IMG/VR virus record: IMGVR_UViG_3300028030_000352 | Length of the DNA: 64,000 nt | Direction: 5' to 3' (one strand) | From: an uncultured virus (IMG/VR IMGVR_UViG_3300028030_000352) | Lineage: Duplodnaviria > Heunggongvirae > Uroviricota > Caudoviricetes | Part shown: positions 51,096-61,625 of the stretch, in pieces | Position numbering within the stretch: position 1 is the first letter of the stretch | Layout of the letters: each line of letters opens with the position of its first letter | The notes under the pieces: generated by a model | What the model was told of the DNA's origin: nothing | Databases searched by the model: none | What the model saw: only the letters and a program-made list of their open reading frames with translations | Made by a program: the position numbers and the translations under genes

Positions 51096-52265
51096 TCATC
51101 TATTGATCTTCCTCATTTTCATGTAACTATCGATATTATTCAGTCCAATGTTATCAGGTATTTGTACACCTATTATATTTTTCATAACTGTACCTATAAG
51201 TTTACGATTTACATAATTTTTTATGAATTGCGAGAAATATGTAAATGATTCTGCTCCATTAAATATGTCCCCTATGCTATTCACTTTTGACACGTCCCAT
51301 GATGATAAATCTTGATTGAACGCTTTTGCTCCCTTAAACATGCTATTTATATTGGTGACGTTTGATACATTCCAATCTCCAATGGGCTGATTGAACGCGC
51401 TCGTTTCACTAAACATGCTACTCATGTCGATGACGTTTGACACATCCCATTGGCTGATATCTTGATTGAATGCGGTAGCCCAATAAAACATCCAATCCAT
51501 GTTTTTTACACTTGACACATTCCAGTTACTGATATCCTGGTTGAACGCTTTTGCTCCATAAAACATGTAACTCATGTTTGTGACGTTTGACACGTCCCAA
51601 CTTCCGATTGGCTGATCGAATGCTGTGGCCCAATAAAACATATATTCCATGTTTTTTACATTTGACACGTCCCAAGATCCTATGTCTTGGTTAAAAGTAT
51701 CCGCTTCATTAAACATAAAAGACGTATTTCTTACGTTTGACACGTTCCAGTTACCAATATCTTGGTTGAACGATTTTGCTCTATGAAACATGTAACGCAT
51801 ATTTTTTACTTTTGATACGTCCCAATCACCAATGGGCTGATTGAATGCGGTAGCCCCATAAAACATATCTTGCATACTTTTTACTTTTGACACGTCCCAT
51901 CTAGAAATGTCTTGATTGAACGATTCCGCCTGACTAAACATTCCAATTATGTTAATAACATTACTTATGTTCCAAGATCCAATGTCTTGGTTGAACGCTT
52001 TTGCTCCACTAAACATAGATCGCATGTTTTTTACTTTTGACACATTCCACGATCCGATAGGTTGATTGAACGATTTCGCAAATTTAAATATGTTATCCAT
52101 GTTAATAACATTACTTGTATTCCATCTAGAAATGTCTTGATTGAACGCCACGTTACCTTCAAATAAATGGGACATGTCTGTGATGCCTATCGTGTCAACC
52201 TGGGTGACATCATCGCCATTCGCTATCATTTTTTCAAGTTGTTTTCTTGTTACTTTTCTACTCAT
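51096..52265 (-). CDS. DUF285/BspA-type repeat protein
   Basis: About 12 repeats; ends YMKMRKINR. Confidence 0.93.
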   Translation of the reverse strand: MSRKVTRKQLEKMIANGDDVTQVDTIGITDMSHLFEGNVAFNQDISRWNTSNVINMDNIFKFAKSFNQPIGSWNVSKVKNMRSMFSGAKAFNQDIGSWNISNVINIIGMFSQAESFNQDISRWDVSKVKSMQDMFYGATAFNQPIGDWDVSKVKNMRYMFHRAKSFNQDIGNWNVSNVRNTSFMFNEADTFNQDIGSWDVSNVKNMEYMFYWATAFDQPIGSWDVSNVTNMSYMFYGAKAFNQDISNWNVSSVKNMDWMFYWATAFNQDISQWDVSNVIDMSSMFSETSAFNQPIGDWNVSNVTNINSMFKGAKAFNQDLSSWDVSKVNSIGDIFNGAESFTYFSQFIKNYVNRKLIGTVMKNIIGVQIPDNIGLNNIDSYMKMRKINR

Positions 52266-52977
52266 TGATTTTATTCATTTTTAAATAACTATCCACACTA
52301 TCCAATGGAACGTCCCTCACTTTTTTGTACATTTCATTTCCTAGTAAGTCTTTTATGACTAATTTTATACCAACTTTAGTTTTTTTAATAAACTCATAAA
52401 CATTATGGACACCACAATTTTTAAACATGTAACTCATATTAACGGATGGATTTAGGCTCCAGTTTGATAAATCCTTGTCAAACGTTGTTGCTCCATCAAA
52501 CATTGAACTAAGGGTCATAACATTTTTCACATCCCATGACGAAATGTCTTGATTGAACGTTTTTGCATTTTTAAACATACAACACATATTTGTTACATGA
52601 CTCACGTTCCATTTAGATAAATCCTGATTGAACGTTATTGCCCCATAAAACATTTCCATCATATTAGTAACGTTGGACATGTCCCAATTAGAGATATCTC
52701 CATTGAATGACTTTGCCATCCTAAACATGGCATTCATATATTTAACGTTAGATACGTTCCAACATGATAAATCTTGATTGAACGATTCCGCAAGATTAAA
52801 CATATAGCACATGTCGGTAACGTTCGACACGTTCCATCCTGATATGTCCTGATTGAATGTTTTATTTCCTTCAAATAGATGAGACATGTCGCGAATTCTT
52901 GATGTGTCAACCTGAGTGACATCCTCGCCATTCGCTATCATTTTTTCAAGTTGTTTTCTTGTTACTTTTCTACTCAT
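52258..52977 (-). CDS. DUF285/BspA-type repeat protein
   Basis: DUF285 repeats; ends YLKMNKINE. Confidence 0.93.
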   Translation of the reverse strand: MSRKVTRKQLEKMIANGEDVTQVDTSRIRDMSHLFEGNKTFNQDISGWNVSNVTDMCYMFNLAESFNQDLSCWNVSNVKYMNAMFRMAKSFNGDISNWDMSNVTNMMEMFYGAITFNQDLSKWNVSHVTNMCCMFKNAKTFNQDISSWDVKNVMTLSSMFDGATTFDKDLSNWSLNPSVNMSYMFKNCGVHNVYEFIKKTKVGIKLVIKDLLGNEMYKKVRDVPLDSVDSYLKMNKINE

Positions 52978-53722
52978 TGATTTTATTTATCTTATGGTAT
53001 CTTATTAGTTGTGTCATCATGGTGTCAGATATTTTTCCATTAAGTTGTTTTATAGCCATATTTTCAAAGCTTTGATCTTTAGAAAGTCTTTTGATGTCGT
53101 ATAGGATCGTATCCGGAATGCATCTTTGATTCAGATATTCTTTAACTTTATTCCTATAATGTCTTTTCATGAATGAGTATGAAAACTCTTTAATGAACAG
53201 TGAGATATCATTTATTGTTTTGTTTAGTTCATACTTATTGTTTTTAAATTCATAATATATTATTACCGTTATTTCATTAAATTTTGTTTGTTCTATCAAT
53301 ACCTGATATATTTTGGTATTTTCTTCTATGTCATGTTTTATCATAGATATCGTATCTATATCAATAAAATCAAGGAATTGTCCTTTTACGTGATTATCTC
53401 TAGTTATGTATTGTAATGACCCATAAAGATGTTTTATATAATCATCATCATTGATCATGTTATCATATACTGAATCCGGTATATGCACAGTGCACTTAAG
53501 TTTATTTATCTTTTCTTTTAGTGATATAGTGTGAACAATAGCTTCAATCAGTTTACTTTTGTCTAGACTATCTAGAGATAGACCTAAAGTTTTTGTTAGT
53601 GTTATTACTTCATTATTTCTGTTTAGGTACATAAACCTAAACTTTGTTCTAAATGTTTGAGTGCTAGTTATTTCAATGTGCGTTATATTAAAATGAACTG
53701 GTTTCATAAAATTGTTTAGCAA
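52970..53722 (-). CDS. Paralogue family C protein
   Basis: IPDSVYDNM..D..YIKHLYGSLQYIT; ends YHKINKINE; true start probably MKPVHF. Confidence 0.8.
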   Translation of the reverse strand: MLNNFMKPVHFNITHIEITSTQTFRTKFRFMYLNRNNEVITLTKTLGLSLDSLDKSKLIEAIVHTISLKEKINKLKCTVHIPDSVYDNMINDDDYIKHLYGSLQYITRDNHVKGQFLDFIDIDTISMIKHDIEENTKIYQVLIEQTKFNEITVIIYYEFKNNKYELNKTINDISLFIKEFSYSFMKRHYRNKVKEYLNQRCIPDTILYDIKRLSKDQSFENMAIKQLNGKISDTMMTQLIRYHKINKINE

Positions 53723-54404
53723 GTTCGTTGAATTTACTTATTTTATGTCCATTTAATTTGACCCATAGTTCAAGGCCGAAATAATGACGTATTGCTTCGT
53801 GTGGTTTCCTAAATTTTTTGACGAATCTAGCTATGTCAAAAGATTTTGTTCTGTATAGCATCATACTTGTTTTTTCAACCTTATCTAGATCAAAGTATCG
53901 AACGTCATGATTGAATTTGAATGCATGACTAAACATAAGAGACATGTCTTTTACCTTACTTGTGTCCCAATATGTTACATCATGACTAAATGATCTAGCG
54001 TTATCAAACATTCTTCTCATGCTAGTAACGTTTGATACGTCCCACTCTGGCATGTCTTGATCAAATGCTTCAGCGTGTAAAAACATCCGACTCATATCCG
54101 TGACATTTGACGTGTTCCAACCGGAGATATCTTGATTGAACTTTTCACAAAATGCAAACATACCTGACATGTTTTTAACTTTGCTAGTGTCCCATTTAGA
54201 TAAATCTTGATTGAATTCATACGCATAAACAAACATGTTACTCATATTAGTAACGTTGGACACGTCCCAACGAGAGATGTCTTGATTGAACTTATTCTTA
54301 CCACAAAACAGCTCGCTCATATCAGTGATGCCGCTCGTGTCAACCTGAGTGACATCTTCATCGTTCGCGATCATATTGATTAATTGCTGTCGTGTTACTT
54401 TCAT
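53688..54404 (-). CDS. DUF285/BspA-type repeat protein
   Basis: DUF285 repeats. Confidence 0.92.
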   Translation of the reverse strand: MKVTRQQLINMIANDEDVTQVDTSGITDMSELFCGKNKFNQDISRWDVSNVTNMSNMFVYAYEFNQDLSKWDTSKVKNMSGMFAFCEKFNQDISGWNTSNVTDMSRMFLHAEAFDQDMPEWDVSNVTSMRRMFDNARSFSHDVTYWDTSKVKDMSLMFSHAFKFNHDVRYFDLDKVEKTSMMLYRTKSFDIARFVKKFRKPHEAIRHYFGLELWVKLNGHKISKFNELAKQFYETSSF

Positions 54405-54408
54405 TTTG

Positions 54409-55005
54409 TCATACCGGTAACGTTGTGGTCTTTACCGCATCTAAGAATTTATTTCCGAATTTCTTGACAAGATTATTATCATTCAATATTGTATCAATTA
54501 TCTTTTTAACATAATCACTTCTATCAATTTCAATCTCATTACCGATTTCAATTATTTCTCTTTCTAATGACTTTAATAATTTGTCGTTATTTTTTACTGT
54601 CCCGATCGCTTTAACAACGTCATTGTTTTCATATAGTTTGTTTAATTCTTTCAGTAGTTCTTTCTTAGATTGTTCGTTAAATACAAACTTCGTTTTTGAC
54701 TTATTGTATAAACTAGTAACCATTTGTTCTGCTGATTTAATTGCCTCATCAACGCTATTGGCAAACAGTTCAATTGTATACCTCTTATCTATTGTCTCCA
54801 CACAATCATCATCATCATCGTAGCATCTGATGTTTATCGTATAATAACTAAATTGTACCGTCCCATCTATGCTAAATAAAAGATATCCATAATCGGATAT
54901 CCTACTATATGAGCATTCTTCTTCTTTTTTATAACTAATATTGGCTTTAATTTCTTTATTAGATGATGAAATGGTTGAAGTTACGATATTGTAAATTTTT
55001 AACAT
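54409..55005 (-). CDS. Paralogue family D protein
   Basis: Similar to 41636..42079 and 50466..51092. Confidence 0.78.
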   Translation of the reverse strand: MLKIYNIVTSTISSSNKEIKANISYKKEEECSYSRISDYGYLLFSIDGTVQFSYYTINIRCYDDDDDCVETIDKRYTIELFANSVDEAIKSAEQMVTSLYNKSKTKFVFNEQSKKELLKELNKLYENNDVVKAIGTVKNNDKLLKSLEREIIEIGNEIEIDRSDYVKKIIDTILNDNNLVKKFGNKFLDAVKTTTLPV

Positions 55006-55017
55006 TGTATTACTTTC

Positions 55018-55886
55018 TTATTTACTTATTTTTAGCATTTTTAGATATCCGTCAATCTTCTCAGGATTAATATTTTTAGTTTTTTCATACATATCATTCC
55101 CTAACATTTCCATTATTGTCAAATCAATGTCACCATCTAGCTTTTTCGCTAATTTATGAATGTAACACATTCCGGAGTTTTCAAACATGTCTAAAATATT
55201 CATTATGTTAGATAAGCCCCAACTTGAGACATCATTGTTGAATGAAATTGCCCTACTGAACATTTTTTCATTGTTACAACATTATATGTGTCCCATTTAG
55301 ACAAATCTTGATTGAACGCTTCCGCATTGTTAAACATATAACTCATATTAGTTACACATGAAGTGTCCCAATCTTCAATGGGCTGATTGAACATTTTTGC
55401 CCCGTCAAACATATGACTCATATTTTCTACCATAGATACGTCCCAATCACTAATGGGCTGATTGAACGTTCTTGCCCCGCTAAACATGTAACCCATATCT
55501 TTCACTCTGAATGTGTTCCACCCTGAAATGTCTCCATTAAATGATTTTGTATTACCAAACATATAACTCATATTTTCCACGTTTGACACATCCCATTTGG
55601 ACAAATCTTGATTGAATGACTCAGCACAACAAAACATGCTACTCATATCTTCCACGTTTGAAACATTCCACTTGGAAATATCTTGATTGAACATTATACT
55701 TCCTTCAAACATGTGCTTCATACTTTCAACGTTCGATGTATCCCAATTTGAAATATCCTGATTGAACGTTGTATTATTATAAAACAAGATTGACATGTCA
55801 CGAATTTCGCTTGTGTCTACAAACCGGACGTCCTGACCTCTGTCTATCATCCGGATTAATTCATCTCTTGTTACTTTTTTATCCAT
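55018..55886 (-). pseudogene. DUF285 gene split by a 1-nt deletion in an A-tract (~55263-55268)
   Basis: ORF 55203..55886 derails after TMKK; ORF 55018..55263 resumes MFSRAISFN and ends YLKMLKISK. Confidence 0.8.
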
Positions 55887-56335
55887 GAAAAAATTGACTC
55901 AAATAGATAACTATACGCTATTGTATTTTTTAGATCTTTTGCAATAGATTCGTTTAAATCACTGATTTTATCAAAGTCAAAAACATTAAATGAAGTTCCA
56001 CCTGTAGTTGGTATTGGTATTGCAGGAATACTTGGCAGGTTATTTATTAAAAATTCATATTGATGTTTTACTAATTGTTCTCCCCCTATAAATATACCAA
56101 TTACTACATCATCATTCAATTGTGACTCAATATCATTAACAATTTCTACTCTGTTCATTACGCCAATTTTTTCCGACAAATTAGTCACAAACTGTGTTAT
56201 CGATTCATTATTATTGATGAATACTATGTCAAACTCAGTTTCTTTTACTGAGTAGATCAAATAACGAATCGACTCCCTTATGAGAATTTTATTACTGTTG
56301 TTTATTCCGGATGATACTAATATTTTCTTACTCAT
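55871..56335 (-). CDS. Stand-alone degenerate SLOG-domain protein
   Basis: GIFIGG..V..QYE.......IPIPTTGGTS resembles the SLOG (cluster 3/STALD-like) FIGG...EY...P..STGG motif. Confidence 0.6.
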   Translation of the reverse strand: MSKKILVSSGINNSNKILIRESIRYLIYSVKETEFDIVFINNNESITQFVTNLSEKIGVMNRVEIVNDIESQLNDDVVIGIFIGGEQLVKHQYEFLINNLPSIPAIPIPTTGGTSFNVFDFDKISDLNESIAKDLKNTIAYSYLFESIFSWIKK

Positions 56336-56939
56336 TGATCTTTTTTAAATCGCTCATTTTTATGTATTTATATAGGTCGTCGTTATCTAATGATGCCAAC
56401 GCCGATTTTATGACACTTTTTCTAAATGATTTGTCATTCAAAATGTTTTTTACAGTCTTTTCCCATGACATTAAACTTTCGTATGTCCACGCAGGTACTA
56501 TGTCCATGTCAAATTCGAAAAATTGTTCTGTGTAAGCGATAAGTTCATCCATTGAATTATTACAAATTGCCGGAGATGACAACTTGATCGTTATTTCTTC
56601 TCCGTTATATCTGGCTGTTATGTTTACCATCGTGTCAACTATTTCATAATCTAAAAATCTAGCGTCAACTTTCATGTATTTTTGTTTTTTTGACTCATCT
56701 AAATGATAATCAGCATACTCAATGACTTCCAGTGCTTTATCATTAACTACGCCATTAAATAGATCAATGATTTGATCCATTCTACTATCAAATCCCAACT
56801 CAGATCTCAAATGATACTCCATTTGAGGTCTATCATACTTTGATGAAAGTTTAATTATCTTTCCATCAACATCTATGCTAGCGTTTACTGTCCATGCCCA
56901 TCCGATAGCTTGATCTATCGATACATCTGTTATTTTCAT
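56328..56939 (-). CDS. Hypothetical protein with C-terminal motif (DLKKINE)
   Basis: 203-aa coupled ORF. Confidence 0.8.
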   Translation of the reverse strand: MKITDVSIDQAIGWAWTVNASIDVDGKIIKLSSKYDRPQMEYHLRSELGFDSRMDQIIDLFNGVVNDKALEVIEYADYHLDESKKQKYMKVDARFLDYEIVDTMVNITARYNGEEITIKLSSPAICNNSMDELIAYTEQFFEFDMDIVPAWTYESLMSWEKTVKNILNDKSFRKSVIKSALASLDNDDLYKYIKMSDLKKINE

Positions 56940-56948
56940 TGATTTACC

Positions 56949-57284
56949 CTACGCATTTATCTGTTTTAGCATTATGAGTCTTATCCTATCTTTCAATCTA
57001 TCTGATACATTTATCTGTCCGTTTTTTATCTGTTTTGATAAACTTAGCATCATTGATGCTATGTTAGATTTTGTATTCAGCAGGTCATAGTGTATTTCGT
57101 TATCTATATATTTATCATTCAGAATAATGTCACATTCTACATCACCAATTTCAGGAACTCTTAGTGAAATGTCTACTGACATTTTGTATATTGTGACTGT
57201 TCCGTTAACATATGACACATCTAGGGTATCTCCATTCCATAGTGTGTATGATTCGTCTTCTGATTTTGTGAAGTTTACTATCAT
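56949..57284 (-). CDS. Hypothetical protein
   Basis: Ends IMLKQINA. Confidence 0.7.
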   Translation of the reverse strand: MIVNFTKSEDESYTLWNGDTLDVSYVNGTVTIYKMSVDISLRVPEIGDVECDIILNDKYIDNEIHYDLLNTKSNIASMMLSLSKQIKNGQINVSDRLKDRIRLIMLKQINA

Positions 57285-57314
57285 GTTTGTATTTAGTAAG
57301 TATGCATATAGAAG

Positions 57315-57355
57315 GGATACTACGTGACGTAGATTAAATACGTCACGTAGTATCC
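57315..57355 (-). terminator. Perfect 17-bp hairpin downstream of the K/T-rich gene
   Basis: ggatactacgtgacgta-gattaaa-tacgtcacgtagtatcc. Confidence 0.65.
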
Positions 57356-57369
57356 TCCTATCGTTAGAT

Positions 57370-57639
57370 CTACTTGGACAGTGACTCTAGCAGTCTTTCA
57401 ACCGCTACTTCGATGATCTGTGTCCTCGGTGGAGGAACGGACAGGCCATCCCCAGATTCAGACAGAACAGTTTTTACCTGTTCAACAAGTTTCAGAGTTT
57501 GGAGTGAAACCAAAACCGGCTTCGATTGCCGGGTCTTTTTCGTTGTCTTTTTTGCGGTGGTCTTTTTCGTTGCGGTGGTCTTTTTCGTTGCGGTGGTCTT
57601 TTTCGTTGCGGTGGTCTTTTTCGTAGTTGTAGTTGTCAT
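57370..57639 (-). CDS. Small basic DNA-binding protein: (TKKTTA)n tail plus ribbon-helix-helix-like domain
   Basis: 18-bp repeat encodes a Lys/Thr tail; KPVLVS strand followed by two helices ending RTQIIEVAVERLL. Confidence 0.65.
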   Translation of the reverse strand: MTTTTTKKTTATKKTTATKKTTATKKTTAKKTTKKTRQSKPVLVSLQTLKLVEQVKTVLSESGDGLSVPPPRTQIIEVAVERLLESLSK

Positions 57640-57665
57640 TGTTGTTATCCTGTTTTTTGTTTGTG

Positions 57666-58340
57666 TTATTTTGTTATATCTTTCAGAGCTAGATATCTAC
57701 CGATGCTTTCAACCGGTTCTACAGAGTATAGAAGTTCATAGGCTTGTGCCGATGTTGGCCTGACAGTGGCATTTTTTATTCTATCAATTAATATATCATC
57801 TATGAATATTGATGCTAAATGTTTTATTACGATACCATTTACTACTGTCATCAAGACTGAATCTATTATTGCCTGCCATATCTTTATGTGATAATAGTCC
57901 ATATCATCTATTTTTATTGTACGTGAAAATCTTTCATCTTTATAGGTGGCATCATACTTTACTACAGCGTAATCATTTTTTACTACGAAGTATACTTCAT
58001 TGAATTTTACATCATGAAGTTTCATTATTATTGATATGTAGTATTTACTATTGATGAACGCGTTGTTATCGATATATGAGTCATCTATTTCTTTTGAAAT
58101 TATGTCCAAGTATGATTTGTTTGATCTTGCATGTACTATTACGTCATGGTCTAAAGTTACATCTTCTCTAAATTTTTCTTCTATTGTTCGTTTAAAGTTT
58201 ACAGTAAACGCTACTGTATCAATGTTTATGTCCGCCAGAATGACCGATAATTCATAAACATTTCCATCACGTTCATATTTAAACCAGACTTTATATTTAT
58301 TTCCAATACGTTTGAACTGTGTTAACTCAAGTATTTTCAT
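57666..58340 (-). CDS. Hypothetical protein (family C-like)
   Basis: Ends YLALKDITK. Confidence 0.78.
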   Translation of the reverse strand: MKILELTQFKRIGNKYKVWFKYERDGNVYELSVILADINIDTVAFTVNFKRTIEEKFREDVTLDHDVIVHARSNKSYLDIISKEIDDSYIDNNAFINSKYYISIIMKLHDVKFNEVYFVVKNDYAVVKYDATYKDERFSRTIKIDDMDYYHIKIWQAIIDSVLMTVVNGIVIKHLASIFIDDILIDRIKNATVRPTSAQAYELLYSVEPVESIGRYLALKDITK

Positions 58341-58355
58341 CTCAATTTTTATGTG

Positions 58356-58475
58356 TTGCTGGTAGACACTTAGGTGCCATTCATTTCTTTATTTGCGGTT
58401 TTGACTTTGCCATCTTTTGTGGCGTTTCTTTGACTATAAAAAATCTTCGAATGACACCTAAGTGTCTACCAGCAA
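58356..58475. repeat. 27-bp inverted repeats (1 mismatch) enclosing 66 bp
   Basis: ttgctggtagacacttaggtgccattc ... gaatgacacctaagtgtctaccagcaa. Confidence 0.9.
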
Positions 58476-58482
58476 TATTTTA

Positions 58483-58950
58483 TTACAACAGAATTCTTTT
58501 TAATTGTATGGCTTTTATTATCTTCCTACTTTCTGCTACGGCCATTCCTTTATTCACCCCGTAGCTCCTCATTAGGGCGAACGATTCATTCTTCACAAAA
58601 CGATCTATAAACTTTTGATCAATCTGATCATGGATCTGTTTTGCTACTGATTTTATAATCGATGTTTTATTCTTCATCATATAATACATAACGATCTCTG
58701 TTAGAGAAACCGCCACATGTTTTGGAAAACTTGTCCTCAAATGTTTTGAGATTACCTTATTCACTAAATTGTATACTACATCATTTGGATGTGTGCCACA
58801 TACTTCAATGACAGAGTACACATTACCATATCTTACATATGTTTTGATACAGTATGTTTTATTCTTTTTGAAAAACCTTTTTAACTCTACGTCAATAGGT
58901 ATCTCAAATAGTGGAGCTATCGTGTTAACAATATCTTGTTCTTGAACCAT
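58483..58950 (-). CDS. Hypothetical protein
   Basis: 155-aa ORF. Confidence 0.7.
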   Translation of the reverse strand: MVQEQDIVNTIAPLFEIPIDVELKRFFKKNKTYCIKTYVRYGNVYSVIEVCGTHPNDVVYNLVNKVISKHLRTSFPKHVAVSLTEIVMYYMMKNKTSIIKSVAKQIHDQIDQKFIDRFVKNESFALMRSYGVNKGMAVAESRKIIKAIQLKRILL

Positions 58951-59243
58951 GTTATCGACATCTCCCTTCTTTTAGACGTAAAGTTTATAATTGATTCCCT
59001 TATATGTTCAATGATCTTATCTGAGTTGTTATCTAAAAATTCATTGAACAATTTTTGATCAAGTTTGACATTATAGACTTTGAGCTTTTCTTGGATCTTA
59101 TGATACTCAAAGTTAAACGTGAACTCAGCCACATATGTACTATCAACATTATGTACATGAACGTATACATGATAATCACCGTGTCCATCGGTTATCGCTA
59201 AACTTACAACTTCATTGTTTTGAACGTTCGCGCTTATGATCAT
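58917..59243 (-). CDS. Hypothetical protein
   Basis: ATGA-coupled ORF. Confidence 0.65.
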   Translation of the reverse strand: MIISANVQNNEVVSLAITDGHGDYHVYVHVHNVDSTYVAEFTFNFEYHKIQEKLKVYNVKLDQKLFNEFLDNNSDKIIEHIRESIINFTSKRREMSITWFKNKILLTR

Positions 59244-60061
59244 TGTTTTATCATGTTTATCTTGATAATATCCATCAGTTTATCGTCCGGTAAAGCTTTA
59301 GCCATTTTACTTATGTCCTTTAGCTCCATCATAATTAACTTTCTCATATCTGAGTTTATCGGCTTTATCGCCTTCACAAATTTTTTGAATAGTTTGTTCA
59401 TATTTATACAGTATATAGCATCCTTGTTAATCTTAAAATAAGATACGATAATATTAATCACTCCAGTATAAACTTGTAGCATGTCATAATCATTTATGTT
59501 ATGTCTATATACCACTAGCGATGGTAGTGATAACCTGTCATTATAAGTTGATGATGCGTATCTATCTGTTTTTCCATCCATTGTGATGGAAAATTCATAC
59601 ATTATTGATATTCGATATGATGCACTGTCACGTGCTTTATTTACTACATATATATTAACTGAATGAAATTGTATCGAGTCAAGTTCATTTATAGTTGTTT
59701 TCACACTATGTGGAGTTTCTAACTTTATTGAGTCAGTATAATTTATTAGGTCATTCAATATTTTGTCATTTATATCATTGTTGATGACGTTTAGTTGTTC
59801 ATCAGCTATTGTTTGCGCGATCATCTCTTTAAACTGTTTTTCATTTGAGATGACAATATTTATGTACTCGTTGATAGCGTTTGATATCGGATCAACGATC
59901 ACCAATGAGTATGATGAGTCCATCATCTTGATCATTCCTCTTGATGTATAACCTGTATTGGTTTCAATCTCTACATCAATATTCACGCTAAAGTGATTGA
60001 AACCTATCGCTTCTACATTTAAAATCTTTACTATTAAACTAGTTTTACGCTGCACACACAA
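59240..60061 (-). CDS. Paralogue family E protein
   Basis: Shares NEKQFK.M.A and FSIT..GKT with 61622..62386. Confidence 0.8.
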   Translation of the reverse strand: MCVQRKTSLIVKILNVEAIGFNHFSVNIDVEIETNTGYTSRGMIKMMDSSYSLVIVDPISNAINEYINIVISNEKQFKEMIAQTIADEQLNVINNDINDKILNDLINYTDSIKLETPHSVKTTINELDSIQFHSVNIYVVNKARDSASYRISIMYEFSITMDGKTDRYASSTYNDRLSLPSLVVYRHNINDYDMLQVYTGVINIIVSYFKINKDAIYCINMNKLFKKFVKAIKPINSDMRKLIMMELKDISKMAKALPDDKLMDIIKINMIKQ

Positions 60062-60094
60062 ATCCCCTTTAAATTGAAAAAAGACTGCATAAGT

Positions 60095-60553
60095 CTAAGA
60101 GTTTATCAACGATAACTTATATAGTCTTTTCATTTTATTTATATCACACGGCCCTGGTTTTATGAGTTTAATCGGATCATGGTCTTCATATGTTATCACA
60201 TATCTGTACATCAATAACTGAGATGACCCTACTGTTATCATAAGACCGTCTCTATCAAAAATTATAAGTGGATAATCTGTCGATAATTGAACAAAATCAA
60301 CAGGTTGTATATACATGTCATACATATCTCTAACGTTTACCATGTCATATCTGAATATTAGCTTACCTTCATTACCAACACGTTTTCCGTCCCATGGGAT
60401 ATAATCATATGGTATTCCATTTTTTAGGACTAGATACCTGGTCCTTGAGTATATGTCATTACCGGTTGTTGTATAATCATCATATATTATAGCTAGCATT
60501 ACAACAGTTAGTACTATCACAATGGCTATCATTAAAAAGAATAGTTCATTCAT
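60095..60553 (-). CDS. Hypothetical protein with N-terminal TM helix
   Basis: Hydrophobic residues 4-23; ends LYKLSLINS. Confidence 0.75.
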   Translation of the reverse strand: MNELFFLMIAIVIVLTVVMLAIIYDDYTTTGNDIYSRTRYLVLKNGIPYDYIPWDGKRVGNEGKLIFRYDMVNVRDMYDMYIQPVDFVQLSTDYPLIIFDRDGLMITVGSSQLLMYRYVITYEDHDPIKLIKPGPCDINKMKRLYKLSLINS

Positions 60554-60556
60554 TAT

Positions 60557-61078
60557 TCATTCCAATAGTACGCTAACCTCGTCCACAATCTTTTGTATTA
60601 TGATATCCTCCACAATTCTGGCTGCCGATTGTTTATCAACCATCCCCTTCATTGACTTACTGATTGTTAATGGCAATAAACTAACCCCATGGTATATCAT
60701 TGCATCATATATTGTATATCTGATACTATCAATACTTACGTTATACTTTTTAATGTCATCCCATATATATTTTGGTAACAGTTTTTTAAATTTGCATCCA
60801 TAATGACGTTCAAAGTATGCGTCCACCAATTTTGTTAGTATTATTGAATAACTTGACGTCTTCTGTTCATCAAGAAAGTTACTGGCGTCATACACTAAAA
60901 CTGTGTAACTTCCCATATTTGTATCCACTATTGCGTCTGCGTTAAATAGTGAATAATTATCATCCACTCTTTGTAATTTAATCGACTTTATCTTAACATT
61001 TTTCAAAAAATGAATGGCTTCTAGTGTTAGATTATGCTCTAATGCCTGCTTTGTTATTTTATTTATGTTTTTTCCCAT
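60557..61078 (-). CDS. Paralogue family B protein
   Basis: MGKNINKITKQ; YTIYDAMIYH. Confidence 0.8.
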   Translation of the reverse strand: MGKNINKITKQALEHNLTLEAIHFLKNVKIKSIKLQRVDDNYSLFNADAIVDTNMGSYTVLVYDASNFLDEQKTSSYSIILTKLVDAYFERHYGCKFKKLLPKYIWDDIKKYNVSIDSIRYTIYDAMIYHGVSLLPLTISKSMKGMVDKQSAARIVEDIIIQKIVDEVSVLLE

Positions 61079-61079
61079 G

Positions 61080-61625
61080 TCACCCTAGTATTGTGTTCAT
61101 CTTTACTAACCTATTTGCGGTTTCAATAATTCTATTGTAATTTATATCATTTTTACCTATGGCATATCCGAATCTATTGAATATGCCATATGCTACTGAT
61201 TTTACTAGGATGTCATAATTATCTACACGTACTTCACTATTGACTGCACTATCGATGTTATCTTTTAATGCATTATAAAGCATGTTATAAACTGACTGTT
61301 TTACTGTTTTAGCATTTCTTTCTTTGCTTAGTTTTCCGAAATATCCATTCCAATTTCTTATCATCTTTAATACTATCTCATCGATTTCATCAATATTTGA
61401 TGATGTTACATCATGCTTTATGACTCCATTGTAATACTTTAAGCTTTTTGGAAGTGGAGAATAAAACGATAAACGACCCTCGGATTGAAACACCCTAGTC
61501 TTTCCCATCACGTTATAAAGAGTAAACCTAGTATTTTCCTTGATTTCATTGAATAATGGGGAAAGTTCATTTTTAAATATGTCAGATTTCAGTATTAGTT
61601 TGTAAACCCTTTTATTTTTTATCAT
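61080..61625 (-). CDS. Paralogue family A protein
   Basis: VYKLILKSDIFKNE. Confidence 0.8.
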   Translation of the reverse strand: MIKNKRVYKLILKSDIFKNELSPLFNEIKENTRFTLYNVMGKTRVFQSEGRLSFYSPLPKSLKYYNGVIKHDVTSSNIDEIDEIVLKMIRNWNGYFGKLSKERNAKTVKQSVYNMLYNALKDNIDSAVNSEVRVDNYDILVKSVAYGIFNRFGYAIGKNDINYNRIIETANRLVKMNTILG

